Shown one piece after another: positions 27,201 to 37,612 of a DNA stretch of 64,000 nt. The notes beneath the pieces are model-generated. The model was given only the letters and a program-made list of their open reading frames with translations, did no database searches and was not told the DNA's origin. Position 1 is the first letter of the stretch. Each line of letters opens with the position of its first letter. The DNA comes from Polyangia bacterium (GTDB lineage Bacteria > Myxococcota_A > Polyangia > Palsa-1104 > JAEUJZ01): the NCBI GenBank assembly GCA_044228505.1, contig JBGAUT010000001.1:172113-236112 (forward strand), in the 5' to 3' direction. Both the position numbers and the translations under genes were made by a program.

Positions 27201-29156
27201 TTACTCAATAAGAGGGGCGGTCTTGGGGACGGCATGTTCGTCGAAGTGCACTGCTTGCTCGACGCTGCCGACGGACTTACCAGTCATGGCGCGACTTAGC
27301 CCAAGATTCATGCGGCGTTGCGCAAACTCTTTGCTGGTCACATCGAGCGCGGTGATGCAGTCGGCAATGAGCCGATGATCAACACCGTTTTTTGCTGCCT
27401 GTAAGGCGGCGCGGGCTTCGATGATCGGCTGTCGTTCTTCATCGCTGAGGATGTGCCCGTCTTGGCTGAGCGCAACATCGAGAGCCTGCAAGATGCGCTC
27501 TGCTTCGACTCGCTGTTCAAGGAGTGCGCGCTTGCGGAGATCTCCTTCGGCGTGTTCGAAGCTGTCGACGAGCATCTTTTCGATCTGTTCTTCGCTGAGT
27601 CCGTACGACGGCTTGACCGCAATATGTGCGGCTCGTCCAGAAGTCAGCTCACGCGCTCCAACCTGTAGCAGGCCATTTTCATCGATCAGAAACATCACTT
27701 CGAGTCGGGCCATCCCGGCAGCCATCTTGGGGATGCCGGTCAGTTTGAACCGGGCAAGGCTCCTGCACTCGCTGGCCGTTTCGCGTTCGCCCTGGACTAC
27801 GTGCAAATCAAAGCCAGTCTGGCCGTCCGCATACGTGGTAAAGACCTGCTTAGCTCCCGTCGGGACGCGACTGTTGCGAGGGATGATTTTTTCGACGATA
27901 CCGCCCATCAGCTCCAGACCGAGCGACAGCGGCGCAACGTCGATCAAAAGCGCATCCTGACGCTCGCTTGAAAGGATGTCGGCTTGGACGGCGGCACCGA
28001 GTGCCACCACTTGCTCTGGGTCGAGATCGCACAGCGGTGTCAGTCCAAAAAGCCCGCCAACGAAGCGACGAACCGCTGGCACTCGCGTCGCTCCCCCAAC
28101 CAGGATGACGCCAGAAAGTTCTTTGGGCGATAGCTCGGCATCCTTCATCGCTCGACGGCACGGACCGGCGGTGCGCTGCAGAATCGGCTCGATGGCCGCT
28201 TCAAACTCCCCACGAGTGATCGTGATGGACGCATTTTCCCAGTCAATGCTCGTCTTTTCCTCGGTGGTCAGCTTGTGCTTCAGCGCCCGAGCTGCATCGA
28301 GAAGCTGACGAGAGCGCGCAGGATTCTGTGCGACCTGCTCAGCGAGCGTGTGACCGGCCGGATGTCTAGCCAGCAGCACTTCGGCAAGCGCATGATCCAT
28401 GTCATCGCCGCCGAGAGCGGTATCGCCACAAGTGGCCATCACCGTAAAGATGCCGTCACATAGGTCCAAAATCGAAACGTCAAACGTACCGCCGCCGAGG
28501 TCATAGACGGCGAACTTGCCTTCTCGCTTTTTGTCGAGCCCGTACGCCAGCGCTGCCGCCGTCGGTTCGTTGAGTAGCCGCAATACCTGCAGGCCCGCCA
28601 GTCGACCGGCATCTTTGGTGGCTTGCCGTTGAGCATCATCGAAGTACGCGGGAACCGTGATGACCACGCCTTCCAGCTCACCGTCGAGCTGTTCCTCGGC
28701 GCGAGTTCGAAGCACGCGGAGGATTTCGGCACTGACTTCCAGCGGAGTGACCGCTCGCGTTCCACCAGGACCAGCGACGAGAAGCCGGACCACGCCGTCT
28801 TGAAACTGCGATGGATCGGCAAACCGGTACTGTCCGAACCGCTGTGCGGTGCCATCCTTGGCGATATCAGCCGGACCGCGACCCATAAATCGCTTCACCG
28901 AAGCGATGGTGTCGTGTGGAGCTTCAAAGGCACTTAGCTTGGCCTCGCGACCGACGACCGGTGCTACACCTGCTCGATAGCGAACCACCGATGGCAGGAG
29001 TGCCTGACCTTGTTCATCCAGCAGGCACTGCGGCTCGCCATCGCGAACGACTGCGACCAGTGAGTTGGTGGTGCCGAGGTCGATTCCAACGACACGACCT
29101 TTGCAGGCTTCCTTGGCCCTGGACTCGCCGGGCTCGGCAATTTGAAACAAGCTCAT
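27201..29156 (-). CDS. hscA: Fe-S assembly chaperone HscA
   Basis: LFQIAEPG start, [40 protein letters not shown]; isc context. Confidence 0.95.
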   Translation of the reverse strand: MSLFQIAEPGESRAKEACKGRVVGIDLGTTNSLVAVVRDGEPQCLLDEQGQALLPSVVRYRAGVAPVVGREAKLSAFEAPHDTIASVKRFMGRGPADIAKDGTAQRFGQYRFADPSQFQDGVVRLLVAGPGGTRAVTPLEVSAEILRVLRTRAEEQLDGELEGVVITVPAYFDDAQRQATKDAGRLAGLQVLRLLNEPTAAALAYGLDKKREGKFAVYDLGGGTFDVSILDLCDGIFTVMATCGDTALGGDDMDHALAEVLLARHPAGHTLAEQVAQNPARSRQLLDAARALKHKLTTEEKTSIDWENASITITRGEFEAAIEPILQRTAGPCRRAMKDAELSPKELSGVILVGGATRVPAVRRFVGGLFGLTPLCDLDPEQVVALGAAVQADILSSERQDALLIDVAPLSLGLELMGGIVEKIIPRNSRVPTGAKQVFTTYADGQTGFDLHVVQGERETASECRSLARFKLTGIPKMAAGMARLEVMFLIDENGLLQVGARELTSGRAAHIAVKPSYGLSEEQIEKMLVDSFEHAEGDLRKRALLEQRVEAERILQALDVALSQDGHILSDEERQPIIEARAALQAAKNGVDHRLIADCITALDVTSKEFAQRRMNLGLSRAMTGKSVGSVEQAVHFDEHAVPKTAPLIE

Positions 29157-29236
29157 CGATGCACTCTTGGTCACTCTTGGCTAAGGTTTGCGATGGGGAT
29201 GGCGTCGGCGCGGCTGTGCGTCGCAAAGCGTGGGGC

Positions 29237-29803
29237 TTATAACACGGCGGTACGACCGGTCAGCGTCTCTTCATGCTCGGAGATGTCATCCGCCATGCGC
29301 TGATAGTAGCGCTGCATAAAGACGATCTCGGTTAGCTCAGCCAGTGCGGCAGGGTCGTGCATGTCCAACCGAACAAAACCCGCAAGGAGCCGCTCGGCCA
29401 GCTTGTGACGTTCCACCTCAATGCGGGCCTTGATCGAATCCATCCGAATCAAATCTTGCTCGACGCGAGCGTCCGCAAGTTCTTCGCGCAGCTCCAAAAT
29501 TTCCCCCAGGAATTTGGGGTCGAGCGCCGGCTTTTTGCTTTCGTCGCTGACATCAATACCGTGCAGCTTGAGCAGATATTCCGCTCGCTTGCCATCGCTG
29601 CGTAGCGTTCGATAGGCCTCGTTCAGCTCGGTTGCGCGCTGAAGCACAGCCGCTCGCTCACTTGCAGGGGCTCGAGCAAACCGATCGGGATGCCAGTTCC
29701 GCGACTTGTCACGATACCGTCGCTCCAGATCCGCCGCGTCGATGGCAAACTGCTGCGGCAACTCCAGTAGCGAAAAATAGGTCTTAGAACTGGACGCTGT
29801 CAC
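29237..29803 (-). CDS. hscB: Fe-S co-chaperone HscB
   Basis: YF.LL.LP, HPDRF, LNEAY.TL, RAEYLL, FL..ILELRE; start (GTG) uncertain. Confidence 0.92.
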   Translation of the reverse strand: MTASSSKTYFSLLELPQQFAIDAADLERRYRDKSRNWHPDRFARAPASERAAVLQRATELNEAYRTLRSDGKRAEYLLKLHGIDVSDESKKPALDPKFLGEILELREELADARVEQDLIRMDSIKARIEVERHKLAERLLAGFVRLDMHDPAALAELTEIVFMQRYYQRMADDISEHEETLTGRTAVL

Positions 29804-30125
29804 CGCAACCACAGCTTCCCTTGGTGTTCGGGTTCTGGAACTTGAAACCATAGCCCATCATGCTCGTCACGAAGTCGAGTTCCGTGCCGTTCAAGTAGAC
29901 CAGGCTCTTTGGGTCCACGAAGATGCGGACCCCATCGGTGAACTCAAAGACCTTGTCGGTGTTGCGAGGTGGCTCGTCGGCCCACTCGAACAGATACGAG
30001 AAGCCGGTGCAGCCACCACCACGAATGCCGATTCGCAGTCCTTGCGCAGCTTTGCCGTCGGCGGCACGCTTCTCTTGAAGGCGCTTCACCTCTGCGATGG
30101 CTTTGCTGGTTGCTTGGATGCCCAT
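29784..30125 (-). CDS. iscA: A-type Fe-S carrier IscA
   Basis: GGGCTG, VDPKS, NPN...CGCG.S. Confidence 0.95.
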   Translation of the reverse strand: MGIQATSKAIAEVKRLQEKRAADGKAAQGLRIGIRGGGCTGFSYLFEWADEPPRNTDKVFEFTDGVRIFVDPKSLVYLNGTELDFVTSMMGYGFKFQNPNTKGSCGCGDSVQF

Positions 30126-30127
30126 CG

Positions 30128-30535
30128 TCAGCTCGCTTTCTCCGTCTCGCCCGGGCCGACCTTTTTTCGACGGTAATCGGCAATTGCGGCCTTGATCGCG
30201 TCCTCGGCGAGCACCGAGCAGTGGATCTTGACCGGGGGCAGGTTCAGCTCGTCGGCAATCGACGAGTTTTGGATCTTCTCGGCCTCGTCAATCGACATGC
30301 CCTTGACCCACTCGGTGACCAGCGACGAGCTGGCGATGGCCGAGCCGCAGCCAAAGGTCTTAAAGCGCGCATCTTGGATGACGCCCTCGTCGTCGATCTT
30401 GAGCTGGAGCTTCATCACGTCGCCGCACGCTGGAGCACCGACGAGGCCGGTTCCGACATGTGGATCGTTTTTGTCGAAGCTGCCGACGTTGCGGGGGTTC
30501 TCGTAGTGATCGATGACTTTGTTGCTGTAAGCCAT
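30128..30535 (-). CDS. iscU: Fe-S scaffold IscU
   Basis: [33 protein letters not shown]. Confidence 0.97.
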   Translation of the reverse strand: MAYSNKVIDHYENPRNVGSFDKNDPHVGTGLVGAPACGDVMKLQLKIDDEGVIQDARFKTFGCGSAIASSSLVTEWVKGMSIDEAEKIQNSSIADELNLPPVKIHCSVLAEDAIKAAIADYRRKKVGPGETEKAS

Positions 30536-30562
30536 GGTGGTTTCTCTTTGGTTCGGCGGGCC

Positions 30563-31783
30563 TTAGTGGGCCGCGCTCCATTCGATGCTTTTCAAGTCGA
30601 CGCCTTCTTGGACCATCTCCCACAGCGGCGACATCTCGCGCAGCCGACTCACCTTTTCAGTAGTCAGCTTGATCACGAAGTCCACTTCTTCGTCGGTGGT
30701 GAAGCGTCCCAGTCCAAACCGGATCGAGGTATGCGCCAGCTCCTCGCCGATGCCGAGTGCACGCAGCACATACGACGGCTCGAGCGACGCCGACGTACAC
30801 GCGGAACCCGACGACACCGCCACGTCCTTGAGCGCCATCAGCAGACCCTCACCCTCGACGTAGGCGAAGCTTAGGTTCGAGTTCCCAGGAAGCCGGTGTC
30901 CCACCGCGCCGTTGCGAAACACATGCGGCAGCGCCTGCATCAGCGCGTTTTCGAGATGGTCACGCTGACGAGCGATCCGCGCTGATTCCTCGGTCATTTC
31001 CTTCATCGCGATTTCGCAGGCTTTGCCGAATCCGACGATGCTCGGGACATTGAGCGTTCCCGAGCGGAGTCCGCGCTCATGCCCACCACCGTCCATCTGC
31101 GCTTCCAGACGAACCCGAGGCTTGCGACGCACGTACAGCGCACCAACGCCCTTTGGGCCATAGAGCTTGTGCGCCGTCAGTGACACCAGATCCGCCTGCA
31201 CATCAGTGACGTTGAACGGAACCTTGCCCACGCCCTGAACTGCGTCGGTGTGGAACAGCGCGCCGCGTTCCTTGACGATCTGACCGATTTCCTTCATCGG
31301 CTGAATCGTGCCGATTTCGTTGTTGGCGAACATCACCGAGACGAGGATCGTGCGGTCGGTCATCGCTGCGCGAAGTACGTCGGGACGGAGCAGGCCATCG
31401 GCTTCGACGGGCAGGTACGTCACCTCAAAGCCTTCGAGCTCCAGCCGCTTGCAGGTATCGAGCACTGCCTTGTGCTCGATCTGCGTCGTGATGATGTGGT
31501 TGCCGCGGTCTTTGTAAAAGTGCGCAGCGCCTTTCAGGGCGAGGTTGTTCGACTCGGTCGCTCCCGACGTGAACACGATCTCTTTGCCCGAGGCCCCGAT
31601 GAGCTGACCGACCTGCTCACGCGCATCGTCGACCGCTTTTTCTGCAGTCCAGCCAAAGGCGTGATTGCGGCTCGCCGCGTTGCCAAAGTGCGTCGTGAAG
31701 TACGGCAGCATCGCCTCGAGGACACGCGGGTCAACCGGTGTCGTCGAGTGGTAATCCATGAAAATCGGGAGCTTCAGCGCCAT
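30563..31783 (-). CDS. iscS: Cysteine desulfurase IscS
   Basis: [41 protein letters not shown]. Confidence 0.97.
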   Translation of the reverse strand: MALKLPIFMDYHSTTPVDPRVLEAMLPYFTTHFGNAASRNHAFGWTAEKAVDDAREQVGQLIGASGKEIVFTSGATESNNLALKGAAHFYKDRGNHIITTQIEHKAVLDTCKRLELEGFEVTYLPVEADGLLRPDVLRAAMTDRTILVSVMFANNEIGTIQPMKEIGQIVKERGALFHTDAVQGVGKVPFNVTDVQADLVSLTAHKLYGPKGVGALYVRRKPRVRLEAQMDGGGHERGLRSGTLNVPSIVGFGKACEIAMKEMTEESARIARQRDHLENALMQALPHVFRNGAVGHRLPGNSNLSFAYVEGEGLLMALKDVAVSSGSACTSASLEPSYVLRALGIGEELAHTSIRFGLGRFTTDEEVDFVIKLTTEKVSRLREMSPLWEMVQEGVDLKSIEWSAAH

Positions 31784-31793
31784 GTTTCGTCCT

Positions 31794-32342
31794 TTAACTA
31801 ACCAGCACCCCGGCCACCATCAGCGGCTGGGGTCCGTCGTGGCCGTGAATGCGGCAGCCACCACACTCGGAGGCGGGTATTTCCGGGCTACATACCTTGC
31901 ATCCGTCGAGGTAGCTGAGCCCGGCTTGCAGGTCGTGCTCTAGTCGACGGAGCTTGTCCATTTGTTCTCGCGTCTCACGCAGTTTTTGGTCGAGCAGTGA
32001 GCGCAGCTTGGTCATCGCCTCGATGCCGACTCGCTGCTCTTCTAGGTCGCGCAATAGCTGCGAGATTTCCCCGAGCGAGACATCGGCATCTTGGAGCCGC
32101 GTAATCCACTGCACTCGCTCGATGGCCGTCTGTGAATACAGCCGAAAGCCTCCGCGTGAGCGAATCACCGGCTTGAGCAGACCCAGTTCCTCGTATAGGT
32201 GGAGCGCCCGAGTGGTCTTGTTGCACAGCTCAGCGAGCTGACCAATGCGCAACAGCTTGTCGGGCCTTGGCTGCCCGCCTTCGCTTTCTCCTTCAGCCGG
32301 GGCTGTCGGGGTCGCTTGGTTTGTGGAATCCTTGGTCTGCAA
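31794..32342 (-). CDS. MerR-family transcriptional regulator with C-terminal Cx2Cx7Cx2C motif
   Basis: IGQLA...[23 protein letters not shown]; coiled coil; [16 protein letters not shown]; TTG start preceded by AAGGG; 10 bp upstream of iscS. Confidence 0.9.
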   Translation of the reverse strand: MQTKDSTNQATPTAPAEGESEGGQPRPDKLLRIGQLAELCNKTTRALHLYEELGLLKPVIRSRGGFRLYSQTAIERVQWITRLQDADVSLGEISQLLRDLEEQRVGIEAMTKLRSLLDQKLRETREQMDKLRRLEHDLQAGLSYLDGCKVCSPEIPASECGGCRIHGHDGPQPLMVAGVLVS

Positions 32343-32442
32343 CTTGAACCCTTACGTATACGTGAGATTTGCCACGTAGTATCAGATGCCACTCCTGGGT
32401 GGTCAAGCTCAAAATCTATCGTGCACGTAAGGGTTCAAGTTG
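32340..32442. promoter_or_regulatory. 18-bp perfect inverted repeat; each arm begins an imperfect ACGT-centred dyad (candidate MerR operators or anti-RBS hairpin)
   Basis: CAACTTGAACCCTTACGT (32340-32357) and ACGTAAGGGTTCAAGTTG (32425-32442). Confidence 0.75.
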
Positions 32443-32553
32443 TTACTTATCAAGTAATTTATATAACTACGAGAGAGCGGTGGGCGTGGGCAGGTTTTTC
32501 GACGGGGATTCGGGTTTTTGCTAGAGTACCGCTCACTTCTTACGAGGAGCCTG

Positions 32554-34815
32554 ATGTTGTTCAAAAACCTCTGTCGGCGAGCACCGTGGGTTATGGCGTT
32601 GCCAATGCTGGCCGGCCTGGCGGCCTGCACCTACACCCGTGAACCCGAGGACCTACGTGGTCAAGACGTTCACATGGTGCTGATCCATACCTCGGACGTT
32701 CACTCGCGGCTGTTGCCGTATCAGTACGCGCCGAACTTGCCGGATCGCAACCTCGGGCTCAACGTGCTGTCGGGGGTCTGCACCGACGATCGGACTTGCA
32801 GCTCGGACTTGTCGCGAATGTGTTCGTCTGATGCTGACTGTGCCTCGTTTCCGACAGCGTCGGTTGGTGGCATCGCACGGATGGCGACGGTGGTGAAGCG
32901 CGAGCGGGCGAGGGCACCTCGGACCTTGCACCTCGACTCCGGCGACATGTTCCAGGGCGCGCCGGTGTTCAACCTCTATAACGGCGAGGTCGAGGTCCGG
33001 ACGATGGGGCTGCTCGGCGTACAGGGAATGGCGCTTGGTAACCACGAGTTCGACAAGGGCGCGAACTTGCTCGGGATCCAGCTCATGAACAACGGGCCGA
33101 ACTTTCCCATTCTTGCCGCCAATTATGAGTGGTCCGACCCCGATGACCAGCGTTCACCGAAGCTCGGGCGATTCATTCAGCCGATGTCGGTCTACAACGT
33201 GCGCGGCATCAAGATCGGTGTGATTGGGCTCGGCAACGTGTCGTCGCTGAACAGCTCCGTGGAAGGGGATAACTCGCTTGGTCTGCGTTCACGCGATGCC
33301 AAGCAGGCGGTGTCGGATCTGGTGCGGGTGATGCGTCCGCAGGTTGACTTGATGGTGGTAGTGAGCCATATGGGCCCCGACGATGATACGGCCGTGGCTC
33401 GGGAAGTTTCCGACGACAGCATGGAGGGTTCGGGCAACGATCCCAACAGCGCGGCCGTCGACCTAAATGGAATCGACGTGGTCCTCGGCGGACACCTCCA
33501 CACCGTCTATAACCCCCCGGTCGACATCTCCCACTATGACAAGACCGGCAACTATCAGGGGCACACGATCATCGTCAACAGCGGAGCCTTCGCAAAGTTT
33601 GTTGGCTCGCTCGACATGGTCGTTCACGTTGGCGACCCCGCTTCCGCTGATCCGCTTAACCGTCGCAGCTACGTCAAGAGCTACACGTTCCGGGTTCTGC
33701 CTGTCGGAGAGCGCCCCTGGCAGCAGGGTGATCCGACAGATCCATGCGATCCCTCGATTCGCTGTGATCCTCCGCATCCCTCGAATCCGAAGGTGACCTG
33801 TCCGTATAAGGGAGCGATGCCGGCCCCGAAGCCGCGGGTGGTCTGTACCCCACCCGACGCCGAAATGTCGCGATTGCTGGAGCCCTACGAAGTCAAGATG
33901 AAGCAGCTTCTCAATCTCGGACAGGTCTATGCGGTGGTGCCTTGTCCAGCGGGTTCCTCGAACTGTCCGAAGGTGCTGCGCAACGATGCGGGCGGTGGGG
34001 ACTCGCAGCTTGGCAACATGGTTGCGACGTCGATGCGTCTGCGTCGTCGAGTCGAGGCCGACTTTGCGCTGACGAACTCACTGGGTATCCGCGCCGATTT
34101 CGAGTCCGGGCCGCTGACCTTGGAACAGCTTTACAACGTGTTCCCGTTCGACAACACCATCACCACGCAATTTCTGTCAGGTGATGAGGTGCTGCAGATG
34201 CTCGACTTCGTGGCGGACAAGTCGAGCGATCGTGGCTGCAAGACCCAAGTGCAAGTCTCTGGCATCTACTTCACGCTCAACTGTCAAAACCAGCGCTGTG
34301 CATGTCGTGCGAATCCTGATTTGTGCGACTGTTCAAAGACTGCCGACTGCCAGACCTACAAGGCGCAGTGTCCAACCTCGCAGTCTTGCGTCGACCGGTT
34401 GAAGTCGACGGCAGCGCAGAAGACCAAGTGGGTGGGTCCGTTCGCCGACCAGATTGTCCTTGGTGACGACTGCCGCAACATGGATGGCAGCGCCAATACC
34501 GACAAGTGCAAGCCACTCGACTGCTTTGCCAGCTACAAGGTCGCTGTGAACGACTATATCTCCGTCGGTGGATCTGGCTTTGTGGTGCTCAAGCGGAATA
34601 CCACGCGATTTAATACCGGCATCAGCTTGCGCGACTCGCTGGCGGATTTCATCCGTAGTCTCGGGGTCGAGGATCGCTACCGCTGTAAGGACGCGAGTAA
34701 GTGGAGTAACATCAAAGGTCGTGGTCAGACGGGAGATTACGACTACACGGGCGTTACGTGCCTTCTGCCAGAGGTGTTTGCCCACGACGGGCGCATCCAA
34801 CCCCTGGTTCGTTAA
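32554..34815 (+). CDS. Bifunctional metallophosphatase/5'-nucleotidase lipoprotein with Cys-rich inserts
   Basis: Lipobox LAAC; HTSDVH, GGIAR, DSGDMFQG, GNHEFD, VSHMG, GGHLH; C-terminal NSLGIR, FPFDN, GGSGF. Confidence 0.92.
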   Translation: MLFKNLCRRAPWVMALPMLAGLAACTYTREPEDLRGQDVHMVLIHTSDVHSRLLPYQYAPNLPDRNLGLNVLSGVCTDDRTCSSDLSRMCSSDADCASFPTASVGGIARMATVVKRERARAPRTLHLDSGDMFQGAPVFNLYNGEVEVRTMGLLGVQGMALGNHEFDKGANLLGIQLMNNGPNFPILAANYEWSDPDDQRSPKLGRFIQPMSVYNVRGIKIGVIGLGNVSSLNSSVEGDNSLGLRSRDAKQAVSDLVRVMRPQVDLMVVVSHMGPDDDTAVAREVSDDSMEGSGNDPNSAAVDLNGIDVVLGGHLHTVYNPPVDISHYDKTGNYQGHTIIVNSGAFAKFVGSLDMVVHVGDPASADPLNRRSYVKSYTFRVLPVGERPWQQGDPTDPCDPSIRCDPPHPSNPKVTCPYKGAMPAPKPRVVCTPPDAEMSRLLEPYEVKMKQLLNLGQVYAVVPCPAGSSNCPKVLRNDAGGGDSQLGNMVATSMRLRRRVEADFALTNSLGIRADFESGPLTLEQLYNVFPFDNTITTQFLSGDEVLQMLDFVADKSSDRGCKTQVQVSGIYFTLNCQNQRCACRANPDLCDCSKTADCQTYKAQCPTSQSCVDRLKSTAAQKTKWVGPFADQIVLGDDCRNMDGSANTDKCKPLDCFASYKVAVNDYISVGGSGFVVLKRNTTRFNTGISLRDSLADFIRSLGVEDRYRCKDASKWSNIKGRGQTGDYDYTGVTCLLPEVFAHDGRIQPLVR

Positions 34816-34827
34816 CGGGAGCTGGTG

Positions 34828-36099
34828 ATGAAGAGACACACGACCTGCCTTCCTAGATTGGGTTTTGGCGCGATTGCACTCGGAGCGATGACACTCAGCG
34901 TTGCGCCGGGTTGCGACAACCAGATTGCCGGTGAGCACCGGTTAACCAGCCTGCGGATGCTGCTGCGGGCTCCGACCGAAAGCGAACTGGGTTCTCCGTC
35001 GAACACGGTGACTCCTGCGACGCTGAAGTTCGATGTCGAAGCGATCGATGAAAAAGGCCAATTGATGGCGGTCGATGCCAGTCTGTCGGCCTATGTCGTG
35101 GCTGGTGGTAGTCGGTTGTCGCTGGTAGACCCCTGTCAGACAGCGACTCCAACGGGCGATCCAACGGTGCTCAAGAGCATTGGCATGCGTGGTGGCAAGG
35201 TCATGGGCGAACAGGTTCCGCTGAACATGCCTGCGGTGTTCGGTCGCATCGCCATCAACCTTGAAGATCCCAAGAGCCAAGCTCTGAGTTCGACGCCGCC
35301 GATCTATTTTCCTAACCCCACGATTGCTCGGCTGATGAAGCCGCTCGATTTGGCTGCCGGGAACGCGTCCTTTTGTAGTCCCTATCTGGCGCGTCAGGTG
35401 ACGGTTGACACCACGGCTACGCCACAAGGCAAGCTCATCGTGTCATCGCTGTTTCAGAGCGGGCTGGCGGTAAGTGATACGTCGTCGCCGGACTACGGCA
35501 GCATGTATATCTTTACGTTCTCCCAGCCGTCGTCACAGATTCAGATCGGAACGGTGCTGGAGCGGATGTCCGGTGCGATCGCCAAGTTCAACGGCATGAC
35601 GCAGCTCGCCAATCCGACGCTGATTCCGACCAGTGCATTCCGCCCTGACTTGGTTCCGGCCCCCGTCGAGCTTGATGCCTCACGGCGTCCCACAGGCGGG
35701 CCCACGTCGGCCAACAATCAGTGGCTGACCAAGTCGATCGCAGCTCCGGTTCGCATCACCGGAATCGTTTGCGAGGTCATCGAGGACAACAACCGCAAGA
35801 GCAATTGGATTCAGTACAACACCGTCGTCATGAATCAAGTCGACACCGATCCGAAGAGCAGCACGGGCTGCGGCGGCGTCAATCCTTCGTTCGACGGGGG
35901 CCTTGGTACGCGTTTCAACGTCCAGCTTCCCGGTAAAGGCTTTGCGGGGTTCGATCCGGTGGTATTTGCGGGTCAAGAGGCGACCTTCGTAGGCATGCTG
36001 CAAAACGGAGCGAGCAAGAGCGGCAAGACACTGTTTTGGACAGCGGTGGTGCGGCGAACCTCTGACGTGTGTCTGAAGCCTCGCGCCCAGTGTCCATAG
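34828..36099 (+). CDS. Hypothetical lipoprotein, possible OB-fold nucleic-acid-binding domains
   Basis: Lipobox-like APGC; GTVLERMSGAIAKFNGMTQL resembles OB-fold motifs of extracellular nucleases; directly follows the nucleotidase. Confidence 0.6.
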   Translation: MKRHTTCLPRLGFGAIALGAMTLSVAPGCDNQIAGEHRLTSLRMLLRAPTESELGSPSNTVTPATLKFDVEAIDEKGQLMAVDASLSAYVVAGGSRLSLVDPCQTATPTGDPTVLKSIGMRGGKVMGEQVPLNMPAVFGRIAINLEDPKSQALSSTPPIYFPNPTIARLMKPLDLAAGNASFCSPYLARQVTVDTTATPQGKLIVSSLFQSGLAVSDTSSPDYGSMYIFTFSQPSSQIQIGTVLERMSGAIAKFNGMTQLANPTLIPTSAFRPDLVPAPVELDASRRPTGGPTSANNQWLTKSIAAPVRITGIVCEVIEDNNRKSNWIQYNTVVMNQVDTDPKSSTGCGGVNPSFDGGLGTRFNVQLPGKGFAGFDPVVFAGQEATFVGMLQNGASKSGKTLFWTAVVRRTSDVCLKPRAQCP

Positions 36100-36109
36100 C
36101 TAGGGGCTG

Positions 36110-37513
36110 TTAGCTGGTCTTTCGGAACACTGCGATGTGACCGGTGATGTCTTGGCCGCTTTGAGCACGTAGGAGGTCGCTGGTCAGGCTTCGTTCGACA
36201 AAGCCATGTGCTTTCGCGAGTGCACGCAGGTACGCAGCAGCGTGAGCGTAGCGTCGAGATGGCAGGAGTCGGAATGTGTCGCTATCGCGATTTTCTTCGA
36301 CCGTGAAGGCGAACAGTCCGCCGGGATGCAGGGCCTGGGTCGTGGCTCGATAGAGCGGTTCCAGATCCCCGAGGTAGATCAGAACATCGCTGGCGAGCAC
36401 GGCGTCGTAGCTGGCGCGGTGCTTGGAGAGTGCTGCGACAATGTCGGCCTGCTCAAGCTGGTCGTAGACTTTTCGTTGCTTTGCTTCGGCGAGCATCTTT
36501 TCGGATAGATCGACTCCGTGCAGCGTAGCGGCGTGGGGTCGCAGCAGCTCTCCGAGCAGGCCTGTGCCACAGCCGAGATCGAGCATGTGCATCGGTTTCT
36601 CGGGCAGGTGAGGACGAATCGCGTCGCACAGGAGCTGGGGCGCTCGGTAGTTGAGCTTGCCGATGAGGTGCTGCTCAAACGTGTTGGCATAACCATCGAA
36701 GAGTTGCGCAATGTACTGAGCGGGCGCGGTTGCTGGCACCTCGCTTTGCGAGTTGTGCAGTGCGGATAGAAAGAAAGCTGCTTCATCCCAGCCGGGATGA
36801 CGACGCAGTGCTTCGCGATACGCTTCCTCGGCGGCCTCTCGTTGGCCGATGCGTTCGAGCGTGGCACCGAGCGTCAGACAGATCCGATGGTTGTGCGGTT
36901 CTAGGGCCATCGCTCGACGATAGGCCGCCGCTGCGGAAGGATAGTCTTTGAGCTCGCGCAGCGCATTGCCCAGGTTTTGTTGCAGTAACCCCGATTCGTG
37001 CAGCGCCAATCCGGAGCGATAGATTGCCACCGCTTCGTCGTATCGTTTGAGCCGCTGCAGGACATTGCCGAGGCTGTTGTAGAGAGCAGGATGTCGCGGT
37101 TCGAGGCGTAGCGAGTGCTGAGCCTGTGCAAGCGCTTCCTGGAGAGCGCCACGGTCCGCCAGCAGATCGACCAGGTTTGAATGAGCGTCGGCCAGTCGTG
37201 GATTGAGCAGAAGCGCGGTCCGAAACGATGCAAGCGCGTCCTCTGATCGTCCGAGCGCTCGCTGCGCCATGCCCAGGTGATTATGCAATTCCGGCATTCG
37301 GGGATAGCCGTTTCGTGCTCGCACAATCAGCGCCAGGGCTCGCTCCGGTTTGCCTTGCTGAATCGCAATCACCCCGGACATATGCAGTGCGTCTGGGTTG
37401 TTCGGCTGAATCGTCAGCACCTTGTGGTAATGCGAGTCTGCTTCGGTGAGCTGGCCAGACTGATGAAGCTTGATGCCTTGCTGGAGGTGTCGCTTAACCC
37501 TGGGATCTGCCAT
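36110..37513 (-). CDS. TPR-repeat class I SAM-dependent methyltransferase
   Basis: Multiple TPRs; LFDGYA..FE.HL...L.Y..P; LDLGCGTG; DVLIYLGDL; RYAH. Confidence 0.92.
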   Translation of the reverse strand: MADPRVKRHLQQGIKLHQSGQLTEADSHYHKVLTIQPNNPDALHMSGVIAIQQGKPERALALIVRARNGYPRMPELHNHLGMAQRALGRSEDALASFRTALLLNPRLADAHSNLVDLLADRGALQEALAQAQHSLRLEPRHPALYNSLGNVLQRLKRYDEAVAIYRSGLALHESGLLQQNLGNALRELKDYPSAAAAYRRAMALEPHNHRICLTLGATLERIGQREAAEEAYREALRRHPGWDEAAFFLSALHNSQSEVPATAPAQYIAQLFDGYANTFEQHLIGKLNYRAPQLLCDAIRPHLPEKPMHMLDLGCGTGLLGELLRPHAATLHGVDLSEKMLAEAKQRKVYDQLEQADIVAALSKHRASYDAVLASDVLIYLGDLEPLYRATTQALHPGGLFAFTVEENRDSDTFRLLPSRRYAHAAAYLRALAKAHGFVERSLTSDLLRAQSGQDITGHIAVFRKTS

Positions 37514-37612
37514 CGAATGTAACTTCTGAAGATACGCGACGAGCGTACTTTCAGGCAAAGCCAATGGCGGCTTTTGGCCTGGCGGATGGAAGGCTGCAGT
37601 CGTTGGCAGTCG

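Noticed and set aside
27201-29156. dnaK
   Set aside because: The FQIAEP N-terminus, VKPSYGL motif and isc context indicate hscA
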